The position numbers were made by a program, and so were the translations under genes. From the IMG/VR virus record IMGVR_UViG_2740892027_000001: DNA of 39,684 bases; one strand, given 5' to 3'. The DNA is from a virus (taxonomy: Duplodnaviria > Heunggongvirae > Uroviricota > Caudoviricetes). Of the stretch, positions 1-7,274 are shown one piece after another. Each line of letters opens with the position of its first letter. Within the stretch, counting starts at the first letter, position 1. The notes below the pieces were generated by a model that saw only the letters and a list, made by a program, of their open reading frames with translations, was not told the DNA's origin and did no database searches.

Positions 1-17
1 AATCATTCCCACTCAAT
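1..17. repeat. Left attachment-site core (attL); 17-bp direct repeat AATCATTCCCACTCAAT
   Basis: Identical 17-mer at 39668-39684; integrase gene lies next to the right copy; phage genes fill the interval. The repeat may extend beyond the window edge. Confidence 0.75.
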
Positions 18-127
18 TATTTACGGATACCATAACCAATTGAGTGATAACACTTTTCCAAATCTCAATTTTCCTCGTACCGTTTTATATACCGTCACAG
101 GAAATCAGTACCATGAAAAATGCTATG

Positions 128-610
128 CTATCTGGTCAGGGTGTCATACTGTTTTTCGCAGACTCTTCCGGCTGCGGCTGCCCGGTCAGCATACTCTGCC
201 AGTTGTCTGTTTCTCTCGAGAGATTTGCTGAGCACGTCGGCAAGCAAAACTCCGGTGTCTGCGGCTGACGTCCCAGCGCCGACAATGGCGTTATACTGCC
301 TGAGCTGCTCACGGATGGCAAAGAGTTGTTGCTGCAACCTGCCAGCGCGAGCGGCAGCATCAAGAGCATCATTGCGCGCCTGGTCGATCCTCTGCTGAGC
401 TTCACGTTCATTGGTCGCTTTCTCCTGTTCGTAGTGCTGACGAACTCTCTCATCTTCAGCTTTGCGGTCTTCCTTCGCCTGCGCATACCCGGCATCGTAC
501 TGGCGACTGCCGTGTATATTCCAGGCAACCACTCCGACGATGAACAGAGCAGCAAGCATCAACACAATAAGCATCTGTTTCCAATATGCTTTTACGAATG
601 CCCAGATCAT
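128..610 (-). CDS. Rz-like i-spanin (lysis)
   Basis: 160 aa; N-terminal transmembrane segment then charged coiled-coil region; start codon overlaps endolysin stop (ATGA); last gene of lysis cassette. Confidence 0.6.
   Translation of the reverse strand: MIWAFVKAYWKQMLIVLMLAALFIVGVVAWNIHGSRQYDAGYAQAKEDRKAEDERVRQHYEQEKATNEREAQQRIDQARNDALDAAARAGRLQQQLFAIREQLRQYNAIVGAGTSAADTGVLLADVLSKSLERNRQLAEYADRAAAAGRVCEKQYDTLTR
136..411 (-). CDS. Rz1-like o-spanin lipoprotein, embedded in Rz in another frame
   Basis: Signal peptide with lipobox: MNVKLSRGSTRRAMMLLMLPLALAG|C, then Pro/Ser-rich mature part; GGAGA Shine-Dalgarno 9 nt upstream of ATG at 411. Alternative starts at 372 or 369. Confidence 0.5.
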   Translation of the reverse strand: MNVKLSRGSTRRAMMLLMLPLALAGCSNNSLPSVSSSGSITPLSALGRQPQTPEFCLPTCSANLSRETDNWQSMLTGQPQPEESAKNSMTP

Positions 611-1236
611 ATAGCCAGCACCTTACTGGCAGTGACGTACCGCGCGCGCCGGTCGTCGATGCCGTTCCGGCCACCATTGATAATCAGAGTTACACGTGCA
701 ATATCGCCGGTATACTTCATGCATCCTTTGCTGGCAAAGAACCACGCCGCGCTACGAGCCGCGTATTCGTCCTGCGCCAGCAGTTCAGGACTCTCCAGCA
801 GGTCAACCTTAAGACCGTTTCCACAGTCACGATAGTTATTCAAACCGGTAATCTGGATAAGTCCGCGACCACGGTAATTCCAGCCATCACCAGAGGCATT
901 GTTACCCATGCGTTTGCTGTACACCAGATTTGCGATCGCGCGCTGGCGCTCAAGTGGCAATGGTGGCTCACCAGCACGGCGGCCCAGTGCGTTAGCCTGT
1001 CCCTGGGTGAGACGCCCAGCCCGAACGAAGTTAGCCAGTCCGGTGACGCTGTAGTTGAAATTTTCCTGCAACCGGTTGAAGCCACCAGACTCATGCCCGA
1101 CCTGAGCAATAAACATTGCCTGATCTTCGGGTTTGCTGATACCAAACTCTTTCATCGCAGAAGTTATATGCGAGAACCAGCGAGCGGCCAGCGCCTCGCT
1201 AATACCAGCAGCTCGCTGGAATTGTTTAATCTCCAT
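607..1236 (-). CDS. Endolysin, glycoside hydrolase family 19 (chitinase-like lysozyme)
   Basis: Motifs VGHESGGF and YRGRGLIQITGLNNY typical of GH19 phage endolysins; start taken at MEIKQFQ (ATG 1236, GAGG Shine-Dalgarno) rather than the longer track ORF 607..1467. Confidence 0.8.
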   Translation of the reverse strand: MEIKQFQRAAGISEALAARWFSHITSAMKEFGISKPEDQAMFIAQVGHESGGFNRLQENFNYSVTGLANFVRAGRLTQGQANALGRRAGEPPLPLERQRAIANLVYSKRMGNNASGDGWNYRGRGLIQITGLNNYRDCGNGLKVDLLESPELLAQDEYAARSAAWFFASKGCMKYTGDIARVTLIINGGRNGIDDRRARYVTASKVLAI

Positions 1237-1534
1237 GTTTAGACCTCGATATTTTGAAAATATGAACAACGTTACCGCGTGTTTTAATAACCGCGGCAAG
1301 CATGACAGCGTTGATAATGACCTCAGATAAATCCACAGCCATTGGCGTGCGTAACCAGATTGCATAGACGACACGAACAGGAATACTTGCCGCAGCAACA
1401 ATAAGGAAATAAGCAAGCCACCCTCCCCATCTTCGATGTTGAGAGCCGTTACGCCGGAATGTGACAACGCGAATTGCTATGCCAGTACAAATAACTGCAT
1501 TGGTGATAAGCAAAAAAAACTCATGCGTTACCAT
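1226..1534 (-). CDS. Small membrane protein of lysis cassette (holin/antiholin-type candidate)
   Basis: 102 aa with hydrophobic segments; sits between holin-like gene and endolysin and overlaps both. Confidence 0.4.
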   Translation of the reverse strand: MVTHEFFLLITNAVICTGIAIRVVTFRRNGSQHRRWGGWLAYFLIVAAASIPVRVVYAIWLRTPMAVDLSEVIINAVMLAAVIKTRGNVVHIFKISRSKHGD

Positions 1535-1925
1535 CGTCTTTTCTCCCCGGAATTAACTCGCGTGGATTATCGGAACGGTGATAGAGCCAGATGCCAATAC
1601 GCACGGCGACAATTGCTGACACGAATGCGCCTGCAGAAAAAACAATCCCTTTTTCAAAAGAGTCCTGCGTGATGGTAGGGATCAGGCTGGCTATGCCGAT
1701 AAGAATTGATGCTGCTGGTTTGTAAAAGAGAAGGCCGCAAAGAAAGCTGATCATCGACAGGAGCACCCGGCGACGGATGGGGTACTCTACTGCAGAGGTA
1801 ACAAAAATTACCGCCCCAGCCAAAGCCCCTAAAGCAACCTCCGGAGGGACACCTGCAATAACCGCAGCAAGAGAACTAACACTAAGCCACTGATTTGAAG
1901 TTTCATTGGTTAGTTGGAATGACAT
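1521..1925 (-). CDS. Holin-like membrane protein
   Basis: 134 aa, several predicted transmembrane helices, immediately upstream of endolysin in same operon. Confidence 0.45.
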   Translation of the reverse strand: MSFQLTNETSNQWLSVSSLAAVIAGVPPEVALGALAGAVIFVTSAVEYPIRRRVLLSMISFLCGLLFYKPAASILIGIASLIPTITQDSFEKGIVFSAGAFVSAIVAVRIGIWLYHRSDNPRELIPGRKDDGNA

Positions 1926-1997
1926 AACGAAACCCGTTTATTTGCAAACACCCTGCTTCAGGAAAAGTATACCGCGCAACAACACACCATTTACGGT

Positions 1998-4460
1998 TCA
2001 ATTCCCTGTTAATTGCAAAACTTGCTCTTCCAGCTTTTTAACCCTGCGTCTCATCATCGCAGATTCCAGAATCAGAGCCTCTTCATAACGGATACCGTAA
2101 CATTCACCAGCCTCGACGGCTTCGCGTACCAGAACCTTTGTCTGTATAAGTGGGTAAACTCCTGCAGAATGCTCTTCTTCCGTCACATCCCTGTATTCTG
2201 CCGGGGTCTCATTCCACTTGTCATAACAGATAAATGCCAGTCGTGACACATCTATGCCTTCATTCTGAAATACACTGATAACATGCTGCGCAACTGCACC
2301 AAAGTGCCATCTTGCTCCGTCTTTACCTTTCACTTCGATCCTGTCAAGGTACTGGTATGAAACCCATTCCACTCTTTCCCATGCGTCCAGTATTTTCTCA
2401 TCAATAACCTCTGGAGCAGTCTTGAAACGCGCATCGGACAGCACCGTAAACGCTGACTGGGTAAATCCCCCCGACCATGCACGACCAGCCAACCCAAGAG
2501 AATAAGTATTCGTTGTCGATGGTGTCATGGCTGAATCAGAAAACTGTATATATTCTGAATTTCCAGTAGATATTCGAATATTTCCATTTATTAGCGACAT
2601 AGTGCCTTTAGTATTATCACTATTGAATAATTTCAATTGCGAACTTATACCGCCTCCCACAGCCAGAGATACATCGCCTTCAGCAAGCATTCTGAATTTA
2701 TCTGCAGAAACAAGCGTCTGGTTAGCAAGGTTAAAATATTTAACCCACCATTCAAAACGCCCTGACATAGTCCCAACGTACTGACCAAGCGCAGGGACGT
2801 GAACAACATTGCTATTTGTAGTGCCGTCTATACTGGAAATACCAGTCACCGCTGATGCAGAACTCAGAATATTATTTCTGTCACCCGGATGTTTAATTTC
2901 AACAAAGTTCCTGATACACCCTTCCTCGAAGGTAACCACGCCGGAAGAACTATACATGGGGAATATTGACGCATAATTACTGCGTGCAGCATCTAAGAAA
3001 CGAATGGTTGTAGATGTCTGCAGATCTCCTGATTCATTTTTCCCATCACACCCAGTCATTAGAATATTACTGGCAATATTATTATTTCCCTGAACGGTGA
3101 CGCCGTGCGCCTGCTTTGCGTCCGATTCAGAGTAATCAACCAGCACATCCGAAATCAGGTTACCAGTCCCCTTGCCAACAACTACTGCGGCGTATTTTGG
3201 GTTGTTAGCCATTACACTGCTAATGATATTATTCGTTGGGGCAGTTTCCGTCTCAGTTCCATTGTAAACAACGTGCTGACACTCTTCACCAATAACATTG
3301 CTGACAATGTTATATTTTGCTGCTGTTTTAAGTTCCACTGCACCAAACTGAGGATAATTTCTGGCTATCACACCATCAATTAGCGTATTTTGCGATGAAT
3401 CAAAAAGCACACAACCTGCTTTTTTATTATTTGCGAACCCTAAATACTCTCCTCTTATATCTCTAACAATGTAACCTGACGGAATACCATTATTCGGATA
3501 AGCGATCAAGCTAAATCCTGTTCCTCGCGTATTTGTAAATCTGATATTTTTAACCGATACATCATGGCCACCTGAAAATGACACCTGGTGTCCCTGCACA
3601 CTATCATCTGATTTATTTCCCATAATTGTTAGCGTACTAAGCATGCCACCATCGGGCATGTTAAAAACCAGATGATTACCATCTCTGTCATACTGTTTTA
3701 TCGTTCCCCCACCTGTTCCGTACAAGCCACAACGTGAAAGAGAAACTAAAGATGTATTGAATACCCCTTCCGGAACAAAAACACTGCTAAACGAATGTAA
3801 TGATTTTGTAAAAGCATCCTTGTTATCATTTAAGATTCCATTTTGAGCTCCAAAATCCTTAATGCTGACACCATCACGCATCTTATCCTGGAACGTTCTG
3901 TATACCGCTCCAGAACCATACTGAATAAACCAACCAAAACCACCAATAACTCCGGCGATTGCAGCATCGACATAATTACGCATTGAGCGATTATTTACAG
4001 CGTCCTGCTCAAGTGATGGATCGGCAAGGTTAGATATTCTGTTTTGCTTTGCATCGTAATATTTTGCAAGCAAAGATGGTTTCATCAATGCACGTCTGAA
4101 CCACCCAAAACATCGCTGGATCAGCATCGTCAGGTAGTCAAATGCATCCTCATGAACTTCGGGGAAAAATTTTCCCTGATTGCGAAGATCAGTCTCCTGC
4201 ACCACATCAAGCACACGCTCTATCGTGATTCGCCAGCCAGCAGCAAGCGGCGACGGAAGAACCACTGCACCGCCACTATAAGTTCCCGCCCCTGTTACCG
4301 TATAACCAGCATCCAGCACTAGTTTTGTAACGTTACCGTTAAGGTCAGACACCTGAACAACCAGGTCGGATTTTTTGAAAATACGGAAGGTATACGGAAA
4401 TGATGTCGTAACGCCGTTACCTGTGTATTCGTTGTGGTCAACTTCGGTTGAGACCGTCAT
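1998..4460 (-). CDS. Tailspike / tail fiber with beta-helix region and C-terminal intramolecular chaperone (peptidase S74-like) domain
   Basis: 820 aa; central Gly/Asn/Thr-rich repeats typical of right-handed beta-helix depolymerases; C-terminus has the LSDARFK autocleavage-type motif and chaperone-like tail; last structural gene before lysis genes. Confidence 0.8.
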   Translation of the reverse strand: MTVSTEVDHNEYTGNGVTTSFPYTFRIFKKSDLVVQVSDLNGNVTKLVLDAGYTVTGAGTYSGGAVVLPSPLAAGWRITIERVLDVVQETDLRNQGKFFPEVHEDAFDYLTMLIQRCFGWFRRALMKPSLLAKYYDAKQNRISNLADPSLEQDAVNNRSMRNYVDAAIAGVIGGFGWFIQYGSGAVYRTFQDKMRDGVSIKDFGAQNGILNDNKDAFTKSLHSFSSVFVPEGVFNTSLVSLSRCGLYGTGGGTIKQYDRDGNHLVFNMPDGGMLSTLTIMGNKSDDSVQGHQVSFSGGHDVSVKNIRFTNTRGTGFSLIAYPNNGIPSGYIVRDIRGEYLGFANNKKAGCVLFDSSQNTLIDGVIARNYPQFGAVELKTAAKYNIVSNVIGEECQHVVYNGTETETAPTNNIISSVMANNPKYAAVVVGKGTGNLISDVLVDYSESDAKQAHGVTVQGNNNIASNILMTGCDGKNESGDLQTSTTIRFLDAARSNYASIFPMYSSSGVVTFEEGCIRNFVEIKHPGDRNNILSSASAVTGISSIDGTTNSNVVHVPALGQYVGTMSGRFEWWVKYFNLANQTLVSADKFRMLAEGDVSLAVGGGISSQLKLFNSDNTKGTMSLINGNIRISTGNSEYIQFSDSAMTPSTTNTYSLGLAGRAWSGGFTQSAFTVLSDARFKTAPEVIDEKILDAWERVEWVSYQYLDRIEVKGKDGARWHFGAVAQHVISVFQNEGIDVSRLAFICYDKWNETPAEYRDVTEEEHSAGVYPLIQTKVLVREAVEAGECYGIRYEEALILESAMMRRRVKKLEEQVLQLTGN

Positions 4461-4564
4461 GTTAAATCTCCAGATAGTCGCAGCACCCGTTGCGCCGCAT
4501 ATCTGGTTATTCTATTACCCAAAAAACCATATATGGATAGAAAGACTGTGAATATGAATAGATA

Positions 4565-4579
4565 TTACCTTTCAGGTAA
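4565..4579. promoter_or_regulatory. Operator-like palindrome TTACC-tttca-GGTAA (full ATTACC-N5-GGTAAT)
   Basis: Perfect inverted repeat; member of a motif family found at least 14 times in the window, almost always intergenic. Confidence 0.55.
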
Positions 4580-4616
4580 TTTTCAAAACGTGCTGGATAG
4601 CAAACAAATTATTTGC

Positions 4617-4636
4617 TACTGTATAAATATACAGTT
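4617..4636 (+). promoter_or_regulatory. LexA (SOS) box TACTGTATAAATATACAGTT
   Basis: CTGT-N8-ACAG with AT-rich spacer, 15/16 match to CTGTATATATATACAG; ends 6 nt before ATG 4642; an AGCAAA-N7-TTTGCT inverted repeat (4599-4617) abuts it. Confidence 0.65.
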
Positions 4637-4641
4637 ATTGC

Positions 4642-4914
4642 ATGGAGAAGATTAAGATGCAGCAGTATCACTATCCACTGGAAGAGGGATTTACCGAAAG
4701 GATTCACACGCCGGGAGGCGTCAGGTCACTGGTGGAGGGATCGCACTTGATGAAATTACTCCGGGATCTCGATAAGGATGGATTTAATGTCGATGGCCCA
4801 CTTGCCGAACTGACTGCACTGATTAACTACGTCACCAGCTCACAGATGTCTATGCGGGATCTGCAAACACATCTCGACTATTGTGCCGAACAATTACGAA
4901 AACAAACCAGATAA
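4642..4914 (+). CDS. Small antirepressor-like protein (paralog of the C-terminal domain of the Bro-N antirepressor at 5230-5925)
   Basis: 90 aa; LMKLLRDLDKDGFNVDGPLAELTALINYV...LQTHLDYCAEQL aligns with LMNLLNQLQEDGHDVSGAAAELTTMFCYI...IQTHAEYINDK of the downstream antirepressor; LexA box at promoter. Alternative start ATG 4657 with GGAG Shine-Dalgarno. Confidence 0.55.
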   Translation: MEKIKMQQYHYPLEEGFTERIHTPGGVRSLVEGSHLMKLLRDLDKDGFNVDGPLAELTALINYVTSSQMSMRDLQTHLDYCAEQLRKQTR

Positions 4915-4945
4915 GGTTTGTAATTACCAAGTGGAGTGCTTATAT

Positions 4946-4960
4946 TTACCTTTGCGGTAA
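4946..4960. promoter_or_regulatory. Operator-like palindrome TTACC-tttgc-GGTAA (full ATTTACC-N5-GGTAAAT)
   Basis: Perfect inverted repeat between the two antirepressor-type genes. Confidence 0.5.
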
Positions 4961-5051
4961 ATTTACATCGCACTCCTCTTGTGCCATAGTAATCGGGCAC
5001 TGGCAAAATCCAGTGCCGGGATTGGCGTCCCGGATTACTAAAAGGCGCATT

Positions 5052-5071
5052 CACCGCGCAAGCGGTTTTTT
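5052..5071 (+). terminator. Putative intrinsic terminator (ACCGC-gcaa-GCGGT + T7)
   Basis: Short GC stem followed by TTTTTTT; preceded by two further hairpins at 4996-5033. Confidence 0.4.
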
Positions 5072-5229
5072 TATGCGTATAGCACGGCCACATTCGTATT
5101 ATGGTGGGCTGTGTGGGGGCACCGAAAGGTGCGCCGGGTCCTTTTAGCCGGTTACGCCAACCCTGCACAGTTCACCACCAACCGATTGGCGTCGGTAGTG
5201 GTGATTAACCAGACTAAAAGGTAACCACT

Positions 5230-5925
5230 ATGACAGCTACAAAAAGCACGTCCATTTTTTCTTTCGAATCTCAAGCCGATATACGGGTAATCGTCATTAA
5301 TGGTGAGCCATGGTTTATCGCTTCAGATGTTTGTCGGGCTATAGGCATAGCAAACCATCGAGATGCTGTTCGAAAACTTGATGATGATGAGAAGGGCGTC
5401 GCTTCAACCGACACCCCTGGCGGTGAGCAAGAATCGATCATTATCTCCGAGTCAGGCCTCTACACACTGATCCTCCGCTGCCGCGATGCGGTGACACCAG
5501 GCACTATCCCCTACCGCTTTCGCAAATGGGTTACAGGTGAGGTTCTTCCTCAGATCCGCCGCACCGGAAGTTACATTAAAAACTCGCTCCCGCAGGAAGA
5601 ACGCATAAAGATGGTTGCCGACCAGGTAGCCAACGCCACGGCGTCAGCAGTAATGCAGGCGATGAAGATAGAGAACAAAACCTACAGCGCCCCGCTGAAG
5701 CCCGGCTACCGCAGCCTGATTCACTCGCCGTCTGGTGTTCTCGGCCTGACGGAAAACTCACTGCTGATGAATCTGCTGAACCAGTTACAGGAAGACGGGC
5801 ACGACGTATCGGGCGCGGCGGCGGAGCTGACCACCATGTTTTGCTACATCGTTGGTGTGAGCAAGTGCCTGCGTGATATCCAGACGCACGCGGAGTACAT
5901 CAACGACAAGGCTGGGTTCTTCTGA
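5230..5925 (+). CDS. Antirepressor with N-terminal Bro-N domain
   Basis: 231 aa; N-terminus SIFSFESQADIRVIVINGEPWFIASDVCRAIGI matches the Bro-N signature; C-terminal domain shared with ORF 4642-4914. Confidence 0.75.
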   Translation: MTATKSTSIFSFESQADIRVIVINGEPWFIASDVCRAIGIANHRDAVRKLDDDEKGVASTDTPGGEQESIIISESGLYTLILRCRDAVTPGTIPYRFRKWVTGEVLPQIRRTGSYIKNSLPQEERIKMVADQVANATASAVMQAMKIENKTYSAPLKPGYRSLIHSPSGVLGLTENSLLMNLLNQLQEDGHDVSGAAAELTTMFCYIVGVSKCLRDIQTHAEYINDKAGFF

Positions 5926-5991
5926 CGGGCGGCGGCACAGGGACGTGCCTTTAAAATAATCATTGGCGATGTGATGTAGATTCGCGTAATA

Positions 5992-6006
5992 TTACCTTAC
6001 GGGTAA
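5992..6006. promoter_or_regulatory. Operator-like palindrome TTACC-ttacg-GGTAA
   Basis: Perfect inverted repeat 39 bp upstream of ATG 6045; the 17-mer ATTACCTTACGGGTAA also occurs at 33330-33345. Confidence 0.55.
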
Positions 6007-6044
6007 ACCCCGTTTAATGGCGTTTCTATATTATGAGGTGATGT

Positions 6045-6680
6045 ATGCCACAACAACTGCTGAATCCGGCAAAGGTTACTGAAGTTTTCGCTCATCTGAA
6101 CGAAACTCCAGACAACCGCGCCCTGTATTCAGAGTTAGTGAACGGCAACGATGTCACATCTGATGTCAAAGGCGTTTCTCTGGCTCCTGGATACCGCGTT
6201 GTCCGTGTAGACGATCGTAAGAAAGGCGAGATTCCACAGGCGCACTTCGAACTGGCATTGATAAATGACCTCACCGAAGAGGTAGTGTATTACAATCGTG
6301 TCATTATCCAACCTGACAGCTATCTTAACTGCCGACCTGTCACGCAGATATTGGTATGGAGAACCCAGAAGCCTAAGCATCGTGCTGTGCTTCATGATTT
6401 CGCCGGCATCATCTTCATGAACTACCTCTTGGAACGGTACGATATCATCGTGTCAGATCGCAACCAGACTCATGAAGGCATGTCGTTCTGGCAGGCTCGC
6501 ATGTATGACGCACTGGAACTTGGCCTCCACCTCTATGGTTACGACATGATGACATGCGAGCTGATAGAGATGAATAACGAGGAAGAGCTTGAGAAAGGTG
6601 AAACCTGGTTGTGGGGTGATGCGGAAAACTTCCAAAACAGATTGGCCATAATTTCAAAGCATAAGCTGCCAATAAAATAG
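6045..6680 (+). CDS. Hypothetical protein, stand-alone accessory (moron) gene
   Basis: 211 aa, GAGGTG Shine-Dalgarno; own operator-like site upstream and strong terminator downstream; no family recognised by eye. Confidence 0.6.
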   Translation: MPQQLLNPAKVTEVFAHLNETPDNRALYSELVNGNDVTSDVKGVSLAPGYRVVRVDDRKKGEIPQAHFELALINDLTEEVVYYNRVIIQPDSYLNCRPVTQILVWRTQKPKHRAVLHDFAGIIFMNYLLERYDIIVSDRNQTHEGMSFWQARMYDALELGLHLYGYDMMTCELIEMNNEEELEKGETWLWGDAENFQNRLAIISKHKLPIK

Positions 6681-6688
6681 TTCTTTAA

Positions 6689-6709
6689 GCCCGCGGCGCG
6701 GGCTTTTTT
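6689..6709 (+). terminator. Intrinsic terminator (GCCCGCG-g-CGCGGGC + T6)
   Basis: GC-rich hairpin then TTTTTT, 9 nt after the stop of ORF 6045-6680. Confidence 0.7.
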
Positions 6710-6745
6710 GTGTCTGCGGATTCCCGCCCTGGCGGCGGTGGCATT

Positions 6746-6774
6746 CGTTAAAAACAAGGCCGCGAAAGCGGCCT
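6746..6774 (-). terminator. Intrinsic terminator on minus strand (AGGCCGC-tttc-GCGGCCT + TGTTTTTAA)
   Basis: Hairpin directly abuts the GTGACATGTCAC palindrome and follows the stop of ORF 6783-7079. Confidence 0.55.
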
Positions 6775-6786
6775 GTGACATGTCAC
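6775..6786. repeat. 12-bp perfect palindrome GTGACATGTCAC (copy 1 of 3)
   Basis: Identical 12-mer at 24324-24335 and 26589-26600; overlaps the TGA stop of ORF 6783-7079. Confidence 0.7.
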
Positions 6787-7079
6787 GTTCCTTTTCTGAA
6801 TGATAGCCATTCGAAAAATGATGACATTCCACCGCAGACAATAGCAAAGATGATCCCACCAAAGAAGAGAAGGCCAGCCTGCCACCACTCCCACCGCCAT
6901 ACATCCACAGCGCCAACCATACCAACAATCGCTCCAACAAATGGAATATAGCTCACGATGAAAGCAATGGGGGCTGCAATTATCCAGTGCAATCCCCACC
7001 ATGATTCAAGCCCAGCCATAATTGCTGCCAACTGAAAAAGACCAACGACGATATAAACAATGAATCCTATAGCTTGCAT
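6783..7079 (-). CDS. Small integral membrane protein
   Basis: 98 aa, about three hydrophobic helices; between internal virion protein genes and the antirepressor island. Confidence 0.5.
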   Translation of the reverse strand: MQAIGFIVYIVVGLFQLAAIMAGLESWWGLHWIIAAPIAFIVSYIPFVGAIVGMVGAVDVWRWEWWQAGLLFFGGIIFAIVCGGMSSFFEWLSFRKGT

Positions 7080-7274
7080 GTAGTCACCTATTTACCCAGT
7101 AAAAATCAGAGGCCTCCCCTCAATAAGGCTTGCAACAAGAACTACTCCCTGCACAACAAAGATGAACCAGCAAATAGCTTGAGTCTGAGGGTTAAGAAAA
7201 TATTTGTAGCGGTCAATAAATAACAGCCCACCAGAAATTATCACACTCAAAATAATTAAAAACACAACACTTCC

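Noticed and set aside
4878-5168. Overlapping plus- and minus-strand ORFs (88 and 96 aa) between the antirepressor-type genes
   Set aside because: The region is dominated by hairpins and a terminator, has no convincing ribosome-binding site, and the translations are low-complexity; more likely non-coding.
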